Positions 10,440 through 19,293 of a stretch of 64,000 nt of DNA are shown piece after piece. The stretch is taken from assembly GCA_003542575.1 (NCBI GenBank), contig DPKJ01000014.1, positions 6,596-70,595 of the forward strand, given 5' to 3'. Source of the DNA: Rikenellaceae bacterium. Lineage in GTDB: Bacteria; Bacteroidota; Bacteroidia; Bacteroidales; UBA932. The notes beneath the pieces are model-generated. The model did not search any database. It was not told the DNA's origin and saw only the letters and a program-made list of their open reading frames with translations. How positions within the stretch are numbered: the first letter of the stretch is position 1; the number at the start of each line of letters is the position of its first letter. The translations under genes were made by a program, and so were the position numbers.

Positions 10440-11711
10440 TTATTTGTCTTTTAACTTAACTCGTATTAACACCAGATTATTTGATTCGTTCAAACTCGCT
10501 GCTATCTTTTTGAATTTCTCCGATACATTATTGGTTTTTGCATATTGAATGAACGTAAATGCATCAATATGGTTAACCATATAATCGTCTTGACTAATAT
10601 ATCGTGGCCAGAATGCCGGGCCTCCTTCAATATCGTCAATGAGACCAAACTCGTCTAATCCACACGGGTCAATAAAAGTGAATTGACCAGTTTTTTTATT
10701 AAAATATGAACATGAGACAGGAGATGACATTTTAACCCCATTACGATTCGTGTATTCCCAATGTTTTAAAGGGAGTTTACCGGTTCTAAAACTCATAAAA
10801 AGGAACGCTGAACTTTCATATATACCACCATAAAGTTGTAAAAATGGGGCATTTGTAGTTGTAATATTATATGAATCAGGATAATTTTTGATGCAATACT
10901 TACCATATTTTAGGCGATAAACAGTATCAATAAGTAAATCTTCATTTACACTTATTATGTTCTCATCTGTTTCAGTTATTACTCGCACATTGTTTTTAAA
11001 CCTGAATAGCCTAGGTGTAATTTGAGATGTGGGTATTCTCAGTCCATTAAATAATTTTTTTTGAGCTAATTTATTTACAAATTCTCTCGATATTTTAGGA
11101 TATGGAATTTTAAGTACAATTTTTGATGTGCTGTCAAGTATTATAGCAGAATAGTTGAGGTTATCTTTGGAAGTATTAATGTTATGTGACAGAATATAAT
11201 AGTTGTTTCCGATCTTACCAAGGTCATTATATCTAAGACCTCGCAATGACTCTTCTACAGGATAGTTTATTGTTCTTATATACTCTCCTGTTATTTTAAA
11301 CTCTACAATGTTTCTGACAGAACCAATACTTAATACTTTTGCACTACTATCTACTACAAACATATTAGGTACTACATACTCTTTTGGACCATTACCTCGC
11401 TGATTGAATGCACTTAAATAATTTCCTTTCGAATTGAAAATTTTAAAATAATCACCTTTTTGACAGACAAATAACAAATCATTTTCATAGACAAATTGAT
11501 TTCTACTTGGGATCCCTAAAAACGATTCCTCAGTAGTTTCTAAAGGAATATATTCTATTGACTCGGCCACTTCAGATAGAAAGACTTGCCTGCTTTTCCC
11601 GACATTGCTTTCCACATCAATAACCCTTAAGTCATTTATTTCGTTTTCTTGTTCACAAGAGATTAAAAATAGTGCTACAATAACAATAACCAGCTCTCTC
11701 ATATTACACAT
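10440..11711 (-). CDS. 6-bladed beta-propeller lipoprotein (DUF5128/BF3164-like), AT-rich
   Basis: Lipobox LFLISC, LSEVAESIEYIPLETT, GNGPKEY, DDIEGGPAFWP, C-terminal LNESNNLVLIRVKLK. Confidence 0.75.
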   Translation of the reverse strand: MCNMRELVIVIVALFLISCEQENEINDLRVIDVESNVGKSRQVFLSEVAESIEYIPLETTEESFLGIPSRNQFVYENDLLFVCQKGDYFKIFNSKGNYLSAFNQRGNGPKEYVVPNMFVVDSSAKVLSIGSVRNIVEFKITGEYIRTINYPVEESLRGLRYNDLGKIGNNYYILSHNINTSKDNLNYSAIILDSTSKIVLKIPYPKISREFVNKLAQKKLFNGLRIPTSQITPRLFRFKNNVRVITETDENIISVNEDLLIDTVYRLKYGKYCIKNYPDSYNITTTNAPFLQLYGGIYESSAFLFMSFRTGKLPLKHWEYTNRNGVKMSSPVSCSYFNKKTGQFTFIDPCGLDEFGLIDDIEGGPAFWPRYISQDDYMVNHIDAFTFIQYAKTNNVSEKFKKIAASLNESNNLVLIRVKLKDK

Positions 11712-11858
11712 TGTTTAAACTATACTCTATTCAAAGATAGATATTTATAATAGAAAATTGGATAAATATATTTTTTATTAGAACAATTAGATTACAGTGT
11801 CAGAATCCACATTTTAGGTCAGGGCCTTTTTAAGCAATTTGGTGAGTTAGTGTTTTCG

Positions 11859-11917
11859 TTTTGTTTTGCGCACAAAACACTTTTGAGTTATTTTTGTTTT
11901 GCACACAAAATACTTTT
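11859..11917. repeat. Two tandem copies of a palindromic motif TGTTTTG-CRCA-CAAAA(C/T)A
   Basis: ttttgttttgcgcacaaaacactttt and ttttgttttgcacacaaaatactttt, about 33 bp apart. Confidence 0.7.
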
Positions 11918-11954
11918 AATTTCTTATATCCAAAACATTGCATTTTGAATCTAT

Positions 11955-12173
11955 TTTTATATTCCTGAAGAAACAACCGCAATCCAGGTTTGCTATAGCC
12001 TTGATAACAATGATGGTACATTTGACAGAGAAGTAAAAGCACTACTCAAAATTACCGAAGTTTTGGAATGCAGCAAGCTGTTGATTCTCACACGTGATTC
12101 GGAACAGGTATTGGAAGTTGACAAAAAATCAATAGAAGTTATTCCCGTATGGAAATGGCTTCTTAAGTTATAA
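11955..12173 (+). pseudogene. C-terminal remnant of an AAA+ ATPase/DUF4143-type protein
   Basis: Manual translation FYIPEETTAIQVCYSLDNNDGTFDREVKALLKITEVLECSKLLILTRDSEQVLEVDKKSIEVIPVWKWLLKL*; no start codon or N-terminal ATPase domain. Confidence 0.75.
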
Positions 12174-12228
12174 AGGGCATTATCTCGTTATGATTTTAAA
12201 AGTCTGAATCATTTAGTCATTACAACAT

Positions 12229-13749
12229 TTATAATCCCCTGTACTGAATCGCCTCGGCAATATGACTCACGGATATATTTTTGCGGCCATCAAGGTCGGC
12301 GATGGTGCGGGAGAGTTTAAGAATTCGGTGGTAGGCGCGGGCCGAGAGGTCAAGTCGTTTGACTGCAGTGGCAAGCAGGCTCTTTTCGGCAGAGCCGAGA
12401 TGGCAATGCTCTTTGATTTCTGGCAGAGTCATAGATGAGTTGGTTCGCTTTGAGTTGGCAAACCTTTTGAATTGCACCGCCCTTGCCCGCCGTACTCGTG
12501 CTGCAATATCAACCGAACTCTCTGACGATGTTGCCGACATTAGTAAATCTCCCGGAACAGGACTCACATCAAGATGTATATCAATCCTGTCCAGTAGTGG
12601 CCCGGAAATCTTTGAACGGTACCTTTGAACTTTGTACGGCATACATTGACACTTATCACCCGGTTGTCCGTAATAGCCACAAGGGCATGGGTTCATAGAG
12701 GCAACAAGCATAAAGTTGCATGGGTAACTCACTTTGTATTTTGATCTTGAAATATTTATGACTTTATCTTCAAGCGGTTGCCTGAGCAGTTCCAACAGCT
12801 CTCTCGAAAACTCAGGTAGTTCGTCAAGGTATAGTACTCCGTTATGTGCAAGCGACAATTCACCCGGAAGAGCTTTGGCTCCCCCTCCCGTTACAGCAAC
12901 TACAGATGTTGAATGGTGTGGAGCTCTGAAGGCTCTTTCATGCATAAGCCCGGCACTCTTGCCGTTGTTGGCAAACCTCCCAGCTACCGAGTAAATCATA
13001 CTTGTTTCTATTGACTCTTCCCTCTCAAGCGGAGGTAGTATTCCTGCAAGAGCCTTTGCCATAAGACTCTTCCCTGAACCCGGAACTCCGCACATTAAAA
13101 TATTGTGAGACCCGCTTGCAGCAATCTCCAACCCCCTTTTAACATGCTCCTGCCCTCTTATCTGGCTAAAATCAGGGATTCTTCTCTCTTCAAGGGTTCT
13201 GGTATCAATATAGGTTACCGGCTTTAACGGAGAAACACTCCCCTCCTCCAGCAGAACAGAGATGACCTCCGAGAGGCCGGTCACTCCATATACCTCTATT
13301 TCTGAAATATCGCAGGCCTCCAATGCTGATTCAACGGGCAATATTATCCCCTTGAACATCTCCTTAGCAGCATGAATTGCCAAAGGGAGTGCCCCGGGAA
13401 CCGGCCTTAGTGATCCGTCAAGTGCAAGCTCTCCCAGTATTAAATAGCTGCTTAAAGAGGGAAACTCATACTGACCCGAAGCAGCCAGTATTCCAATTGC
13501 TATTGCCAAATCGAAAGATGATCCCTCTTTTTTAAAATCTGCAGGTGCCAGGTTGACCACAATCCGCTTGCCGGGCATCTTTGCACCTATGGTCAAAAGC
13601 GCAGTAGTAATTCTTTGCTGACTCTCCCTGACAGCACTGTCCGGGAGCCCTACCAGGTAGAAACTTATCCCCTGCGAAACATCAACCTCTACCGTAACGG
13701 TTATTGCCTCAATTCCCAGACATGCACCGCAATATGTTCTACACAACAT
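12229..13749 (-). CDS. comM: YifB/ComM family Mg-chelatase-like AAA+ ATPase
   Basis: VGLPDSAVRES, NLAPAD, GELALDG, GVPGSGKS, RAPHH, LAHNGVLYLDELPEF, NPCPCG, SGPLLDRID, LSARAYHR. Confidence 0.92.
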   Translation of the reverse strand: MLCRTYCGACLGIEAITVTVEVDVSQGISFYLVGLPDSAVRESQQRITTALLTIGAKMPGKRIVVNLAPADFKKEGSSFDLAIAIGILAASGQYEFPSLSSYLILGELALDGSLRPVPGALPLAIHAAKEMFKGIILPVESALEACDISEIEVYGVTGLSEVISVLLEEGSVSPLKPVTYIDTRTLEERRIPDFSQIRGQEHVKRGLEIAASGSHNILMCGVPGSGKSLMAKALAGILPPLEREESIETSMIYSVAGRFANNGKSAGLMHERAFRAPHHSTSVVAVTGGGAKALPGELSLAHNGVLYLDELPEFSRELLELLRQPLEDKVINISRSKYKVSYPCNFMLVASMNPCPCGYYGQPGDKCQCMPYKVQRYRSKISGPLLDRIDIHLDVSPVPGDLLMSATSSESSVDIAARVRRARAVQFKRFANSKRTNSSMTLPEIKEHCHLGSAEKSLLATAVKRLDLSARAYHRILKLSRTIADLDGRKNISVSHIAEAIQYRGL

Positions 13750-13868
13750 TTTCTTGTAAAACTATGTTATTTCAATCTGTAATGAAAACAGAGTAGTTCG
13801 GTTTATTCAATGTTGAATTTTATTTATTCATTATTAAAAATCCCCTTTTAAATTTTAACTTTGCACCA

Positions 13869-14888
13869 ATGGACAACTTGAATCCGGCCAAACTTATAGA
13901 CTGTGCCTCAATTGAGGAGATACCCTCTCTGTTACATTCCGAGGGGCGTGTCATAGTTATTATTGATCAAAATATCAAAGAGTTATACGGTCACCATTTC
14001 CCATTTGAACAGATAGTTGTTGAGGCCTCCGAAAAAAACAAGTCACTTCAGATGGTGGGGCAAATTGCTGCCCGCCTTATGGATCTTGAGGCAGACAGAG
14101 ATACCTTCTTACTTGTTATAGGAGGAGGAATCCTTACCGACCTTGGTGGATTTGTAGCTTCTGCCTACTTTAGAGGGGTAAAATGCGGATTTGTGCCCAC
14201 TACCCTGTTAGCTCAGGTTGATGCTTCGCTTGGCGGGAAGAATGGGGTCAATCTTGACGGATACAAGAATATTTTAGGAGTTATCAGGCAACCTGAGTTT
14301 ACCGTTATATGCCCTGCTTTCCTAAAATCGCTTCCTCATCACGAGATTAACGAGGGTCTGGCAGAGCTTCTAAAGACATTTATCTTATTCAGTAACGAGA
14401 GTTACAAAGGGCTTTTAAATGCTCTTTTGAAATTAAGGTCAGGTGCTTTAGACACCATTTCGCAGATAGCTCCATTTATTGCAGAGGCAGCAAGATTTAA
14501 GACTCAGGTTACAGCCCGCGATCTATACGAAAAAGGGGAGAGAAAACTGTTAAATCTGGGACATACATTTGCTCATGCCATTGAGAAAGAGTGTGGAATT
14601 TCACACGGTGAGGCTGTGGCTGCAGGAATTGTGCTGGCAGCAAAACTCTCTGTGAAACTCTCTGTAACAAGCAAAGCCACGGCAGACAAGATTGAGAATG
14701 ATTTCAGGTTGCTTGGCCTTAGGACAGCATCGCCTGTTAATACTATGACTCTTGCGAATGCAATTAAACGTGACAAAAAAAGATCGGGAGATAACATAAC
14801 ATTTATATTAATTGAGAAGATTGGCAAATGTGTTGCCTATCCTTTGCCGGTTAACAGTATAGAGGAGTATTTGTATGATTTGTATTAG
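13869..14888 (+). CDS. aroB: 3-dehydroquinate synthase
   Basis: GGGILTDLGGF, PTTLLAQVDASLGGKNG, LNLGHTFAHAIE, HGEAV, DKK. Confidence 0.93.
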   Translation: MDNLNPAKLIDCASIEEIPSLLHSEGRVIVIIDQNIKELYGHHFPFEQIVVEASEKNKSLQMVGQIAARLMDLEADRDTFLLVIGGGILTDLGGFVASAYFRGVKCGFVPTTLLAQVDASLGGKNGVNLDGYKNILGVIRQPEFTVICPAFLKSLPHHEINEGLAELLKTFILFSNESYKGLLNALLKLRSGALDTISQIAPFIAEAARFKTQVTARDLYEKGERKLLNLGHTFAHAIEKECGISHGEAVAAGIVLAAKLSVKLSVTSKATADKIENDFRLLGLRTASPVNTMTLANAIKRDKKRSGDNITFILIEKIGKCVAYPLPVNSIEEYLYDLY

Positions 14889-16926
14889 CATTGGTACGAA
14901 GGGGTCGGCAGCAGTAAACGAGGCCCTCTCCAAAGCTCACCTTGCAGAGATCAGGCTTGATCTTACGCAGCTGAACCGTGAGGAGACAGCTGCATTGTTC
15001 AGGTCAAAAAAAGATCTTATTGCCACCTGCAGAGCCTATGAAATGCCCTACCCGGAGAGCAGAAAGATGTTGCTGTGGGCTATTCTTGGCAGCAGAACAA
15101 GAAAAAGCAAGGGCAAGAGGTATATCGATTTGGATTATGACTCTCCGGAGGATTACAGAAACGAACTTATTACAGCCGCAAGAAAAGGTGGCTTTAAAAT
15201 AATACTGTCGTACCACAATTTTAACAACACCGAGAGCTACGAAAGGCTCTGCGAGATTTACGAAAACTCCCGTGAAAGGGGTGCAGATATTGTAAAACTG
15301 GTAACAAATGCCAAAACCATTCAGGAGTGTTCTCGTCTGATAAGGCTTTATAAACAATATCCCAAAGATACTCTGGTTACATTTTCTATTGGTGATGAGG
15401 GTAAATTCACACGCCTTCTCTCTCACTCAATCGGCGCTCCTTTTATCTATTGTGCTCTTGATGAGGAGAGTCGCACTGCTCCCGGGCAATTCACTATTGC
15501 AGAGGCAGAGAGGCTTACTTCTAAGAAATTTTACCCCCACAACGTTAACCGCAAAGGGGTAATTAAAAAGATTACTGCCCCGGCATCCAAAAGCCATGCT
15601 CAGAGAGCAATTCTTTCAGCAGCATGGGCAAAGGGAAAGAGCTCTCTTTATGCATATACACCGTGTGCCGATACTGAGGCTGCAATTGAGCTGGTCAAAT
15701 CGCTTGGTGTAAAGGTCAAGTCAGAAAAGTGTAAACTCCCGAAATTCCGACTTGAAATTACAAGTCCGGGCATTGAAGAGATATCAAAAAGACTTGCAAA
15801 AGAGGAGATTTTCTCAAAAAACATTAAGAAGGTAGAGCTCAATGTTGGTGAGTCAGGTCTGCTTTGCCGGCTTATGCTCCCTACTGCAGGGCATCTTCCG
15901 GGAAAGAGCAAGGGGGTTGACGAGGTTACCATAACCGGGGAGGGCAGTCTTAAAAAGAGAGAACTCTTCTCTACTGACGAACCTTTAAAAAATATCGGGT
16001 TAAATGTTGCAACCACAGAGGGCAAGCTGCCGGCGGTGGTTTCAGGGTCCATTAAAGGTTCCTCATTTAACATGTCGGGTAAGGGTGGCTCACAACTATT
16101 GTCGGGAATGCTAATGGCGCTCCCTATGTGTGAAAAGAGCAGTATAATTACCCTCTCTGAGCCCACAAGCACTCCATACATCGAACTTACCGTAAAAACC
16201 ATTAAGGAGTTTGGTGTAACAGTTATAAACGAAGACCCGCTTGAATTCAAAATCCCAGGCAGGCAGCGTTACAAATCAAAAGCATTTCTGCCAATTGAGG
16301 GTGACTGGAGCGGAGCCTCTATGCTAATGGTTGCAGGTGCAATCAGCTCAGGTATAACAATAACCAACCTCCCCATTAACTCAAAGCAGGCAGATGAAAA
16401 GATTCTGGATGTTTTGAGGGGATGCGGTGCCGAGGTTAAGATTACCGAATATCCAAAATACCTTGTCATGTGCGGCGATGTACCATGTGCATTAAAGGAC
16501 GATAACACAAAAGAGATAATACTAGGCTCCAAAATAGAGATATTTCCGCCAAAGGGCAACCTGATGTCCTTTGAATTTGACGCCACTAACTCCCCCGACC
16601 TCTTCCCTACACTTGTTGTACTTGCGCTTAACTGTTCCGGTATAAGCCGTATCAAGGGCGTTGGAAGGTTATCCAACAAGGAGAGTAACAGGGCAGAGAG
16701 CCTCTTCTGTGAATTTACAAGGCTAGGTGCCCATATTGATATTGATGGCGATTCGATGATAGTTGAGGGGGGAGAGCTTCATGGAGGCTTATGCTCCTCT
16801 TATAAAGACCACAGAATAGCAATGTCGCTTATAACAGCATCATTAAATATTAAGGATAAGGTTTATGTTGACGACCTTAACTGCATTTCCAAATCTTTCC
16901 CTGATTTCATAAAGAACTTTAAATAG
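14875..16926 (+). CDS. aroA: Bifunctional type I 3-dehydroquinate dehydratase / EPSP synthase (AroD-AroA fusion)
   Basis: N-terminal ~215 aa: EIRLD, IATCR, SYHNF, ADIVKL, TAPGQ. C-terminal: ASKSHAQR, GESG, SQLLSG, EGDWS, PDLFP, KESNR, DHRIAMS. Confidence 0.88.
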   Translation: MICISIGTKGSAAVNEALSKAHLAEIRLDLTQLNREETAALFRSKKDLIATCRAYEMPYPESRKMLLWAILGSRTRKSKGKRYIDLDYDSPEDYRNELITAARKGGFKIILSYHNFNNTESYERLCEIYENSRERGADIVKLVTNAKTIQECSRLIRLYKQYPKDTLVTFSIGDEGKFTRLLSHSIGAPFIYCALDEESRTAPGQFTIAEAERLTSKKFYPHNVNRKGVIKKITAPASKSHAQRAILSAAWAKGKSSLYAYTPCADTEAAIELVKSLGVKVKSEKCKLPKFRLEITSPGIEEISKRLAKEEIFSKNIKKVELNVGESGLLCRLMLPTAGHLPGKSKGVDEVTITGEGSLKKRELFSTDEPLKNIGLNVATTEGKLPAVVSGSIKGSSFNMSGKGGSQLLSGMLMALPMCEKSSIITLSEPTSTPYIELTVKTIKEFGVTVINEDPLEFKIPGRQRYKSKAFLPIEGDWSGASMLMVAGAISSGITITNLPINSKQADEKILDVLRGCGAEVKITEYPKYLVMCGDVPCALKDDNTKEIILGSKIEIFPPKGNLMSFEFDATNSPDLFPTLVVLALNCSGISRIKGVGRLSNKESNRAESLFCEFTRLGAHIDIDGDSMIVEGGELHGGLCSSYKDHRIAMSLITASLNIKDKVYVDDLNCISKSFPDFIKNFK

Positions 16927-16933
16927 AGGGGCG

Positions 16934-17953
16934 ATGAATACATTTGGTAAACTATTTCGCGTACAGCTTTTTGGAGAGTCACACGGGCCCGCAATCGGAG
17001 TGGTAATTGATGGCATTCCTGCCGGTTTACCTCTAACACCTGAGGAGTTCCGCGACGATCTTTTAAGAAGGTCAGGAGGCAGAAAGGGTGGCACTCCGCG
17101 TGTTGAGGAGGATGGTCTTATCTTTTTGAGCGGAGTTGTTCAGGGGCATACAACCGGATCACCCCTTGCAGTTATTGTAAACAACAAAAACACAATATCT
17201 TCTGATTACGAATCATTTAAAAATTCCCCGCGCCCGGGTCATGCCGATTTCGTTTCCCGTCTTAAATCCGGAGGTTACTCAGATGCACGGGGCGGAGGGC
17301 ACCACTCAGGAAGAGTGACACTCGCTCTTGTTATTGCAGGAGTAATTGCAAAGAAACTATTATCGCCGGCTGTAGTATCGTCAAGAATTATTGAAATCGG
17401 GGGTGAAAACCCTTGGGACGCAAAACTCGATCAGGCAATAGCAGAGGGTGATTCGCTGGGAGGAATAATTGAGTGCAGAATAGATGGTATTAGGGCAGGA
17501 ATTGGAGAACCATTCTTTGACTCTTTAGAATCGGTACTTTCGCATATTGTTTTTGCCATTCCCGGAATCAGGGGCATTGAGTTTGGAGACGGATTCAAGG
17601 CAGCCGGAATGTGGGGCTCTGAGCACAACGACCCGATTTTAACTACATCGGGAGAGACTGCAAAAAACGGCTCAGGAGGAGTAAACGGAGGCATATCCAA
17701 TGGCAACCGGATTGTCCTGAGGGTAGCCGTTAAGCCGACATCAAGCATTTCCAAGGCTCAGCAGAGCATTAATCTTAAATCAGGAGTGATAGAGGAGTTA
17801 ACAGTTCTAGGCAGACACGACGCATGTTTTGCTCTCAGGGTACCGGTAGTACTTGAGGCAGCCGCTTCAATTGCTCTTGTTGATATGCTTTACCAGGCAT
17901 CTGCGCCTCATATATGGAGCCATGGGGTAGTAGTCAAAGATCCTCTGAACTGA
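16934..17953 (+). CDS. aroC: Chorismate synthase
   Basis: MNTFG, GESHG, PRPGHAD, RGGGHHSGR, GGISNG, KPTSSI, GRHD. Confidence 0.95.
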   Translation: MNTFGKLFRVQLFGESHGPAIGVVIDGIPAGLPLTPEEFRDDLLRRSGGRKGGTPRVEEDGLIFLSGVVQGHTTGSPLAVIVNNKNTISSDYESFKNSPRPGHADFVSRLKSGGYSDARGGGHHSGRVTLALVIAGVIAKKLLSPAVVSSRIIEIGGENPWDAKLDQAIAEGDSLGGIIECRIDGIRAGIGEPFFDSLESVLSHIVFAIPGIRGIEFGDGFKAAGMWGSEHNDPILTTSGETAKNGSGGVNGGISNGNRIVLRVAVKPTSSISKAQQSINLKSGVIEELTVLGRHDACFALRVPVVLEAAASIALVDMLYQASAPHIWSHGVVVKDPLN

Positions 17954-19000
17954 TTCATTGTTTTCCAGCATCGGATACGAAACCAGTTTCTTCACGCCAT
18001 ATTTGACATACTGTATGTTAAGTTGGTGAAAAATTATCGCATTTACCCCTTTGTTTCTGTATTCAGGCAGAGCCCCAATAAGATTCATCTCCATCTCTTC
18101 ATAATTGGCTAATGCCTTTTTAAGGTGGATAAATCCAAACGGAAACAGTCTCCCTTTTGCTTTTTGAAGCGCCACTGCAATTGACGGCATTGTAATGGCA
18201 AAAGCTGCCAGCTGATCTCTCTTATCAAGCAGTATTACAATCATATCCTGATTAAGAATAGGCACAAATTGTTTTACAAGCAGTTTGTACTCCTTGGGAG
18301 AGAGCGGAGAGAAGCAATAAAGAGAGGCAAATGCTTTATTATAAGTCTCAAACAGCTCTATTGCAAATTTATACAGATCTTTCCGGGTTACCTTTTCCAA
18401 AATCCGCAGTCCAAATCTCTCTTTTACAATTTCTGAAAACTGCGCTATCTTTTCCGGCATCAACTCAGGTACAGTAAGAACTCTTTGTATCCAATCAACC
18501 TCTTTGCAATACCCAAGTCTCTCCAAATGTTCAAGATAGTATGCAAAATTATAGAGAGTGTTGGCAGTAGCTCTCTTCTCAAACCCCTCAACAAGCAAAC
18601 CCTGTTTGTCCATATCATTAAACCCTTGAGGCCCGCTCACCTTTTCCATTCCAAGTTCATAAGCCCACTCCTCAACTTTTGCAATCAGGGCTTCAGAAAC
18701 AGAGTAATCATCAATGAAATCAAACCACCCGAAACGCAACCTCTTCTCATTCCATACAGCGTTTGATTTATGGTTCACAATTGCAGCCACCCTTCCCACA
18801 ACTTTCCCATCACAATAGGCCAAAAACAGCTTTGCCAGGCAGTATTCGTAAGAGGGATTTTTATCCCTGCGTAAAACACTAAGTTCGTCCGATCTTAACG
18901 GACACACCCAGTTAGGCTCATCTTTGTAAAGTTCCTCGGCAAACTTAACAAAAGAGAGGTACTCCCTTGCGGTAAGTACCTCCTTAATTTCAACCTTCAT
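17867..19000 (-). CDS. GNAT-fold putative N-acetyltransferase (YghO-like)
   Basis: GRVAAI, RFGWFDFIDD, GLLVEGF, YNFAYY, PEYRNKGV acetyl-CoA motif, LENN. Confidence 0.75.
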   Translation of the reverse strand: MKVEIKEVLTAREYLSFVKFAEELYKDEPNWVCPLRSDELSVLRRDKNPSYEYCLAKLFLAYCDGKVVGRVAAIVNHKSNAVWNEKRLRFGWFDFIDDYSVSEALIAKVEEWAYELGMEKVSGPQGFNDMDKQGLLVEGFEKRATANTLYNFAYYLEHLERLGYCKEVDWIQRVLTVPELMPEKIAQFSEIVKERFGLRILEKVTRKDLYKFAIELFETYNKAFASLYCFSPLSPKEYKLLVKQFVPILNQDMIVILLDKRDQLAAFAITMPSIAVALQKAKGRLFPFGFIHLKKALANYEEMEMNLIGALPEYRNKGVNAIIFHQLNIQYVKYGVKKLVSYPMLENNESVQRIFDYYPMAPYMRRRCLVKHINKSN

Positions 19001-19293
19001 TTTCTGAATTCATTTGTTCATTACTCATAAGCCCATTATTCCCGACTTTAATAGCATCACTTTTTAATTTCCAATGCTTAAAACTGAAATAAAATTTATA
19101 TTTCACCCGTTTAAATAGCATTATCTTAAATCCTCTGTACTTAAAACAATATATGTTTTAAAAGTTTGTTTTAAAAGTTAGTGTTAAAAAATCCTATTAA
19201 CTTAAAAATTTATATAATTCAATTTCAGGCTCTTGAGCTTCACAAACTTTTAGCACATGAATTAGACTTTCACAAATTTGGTTTCCCGTGTGT

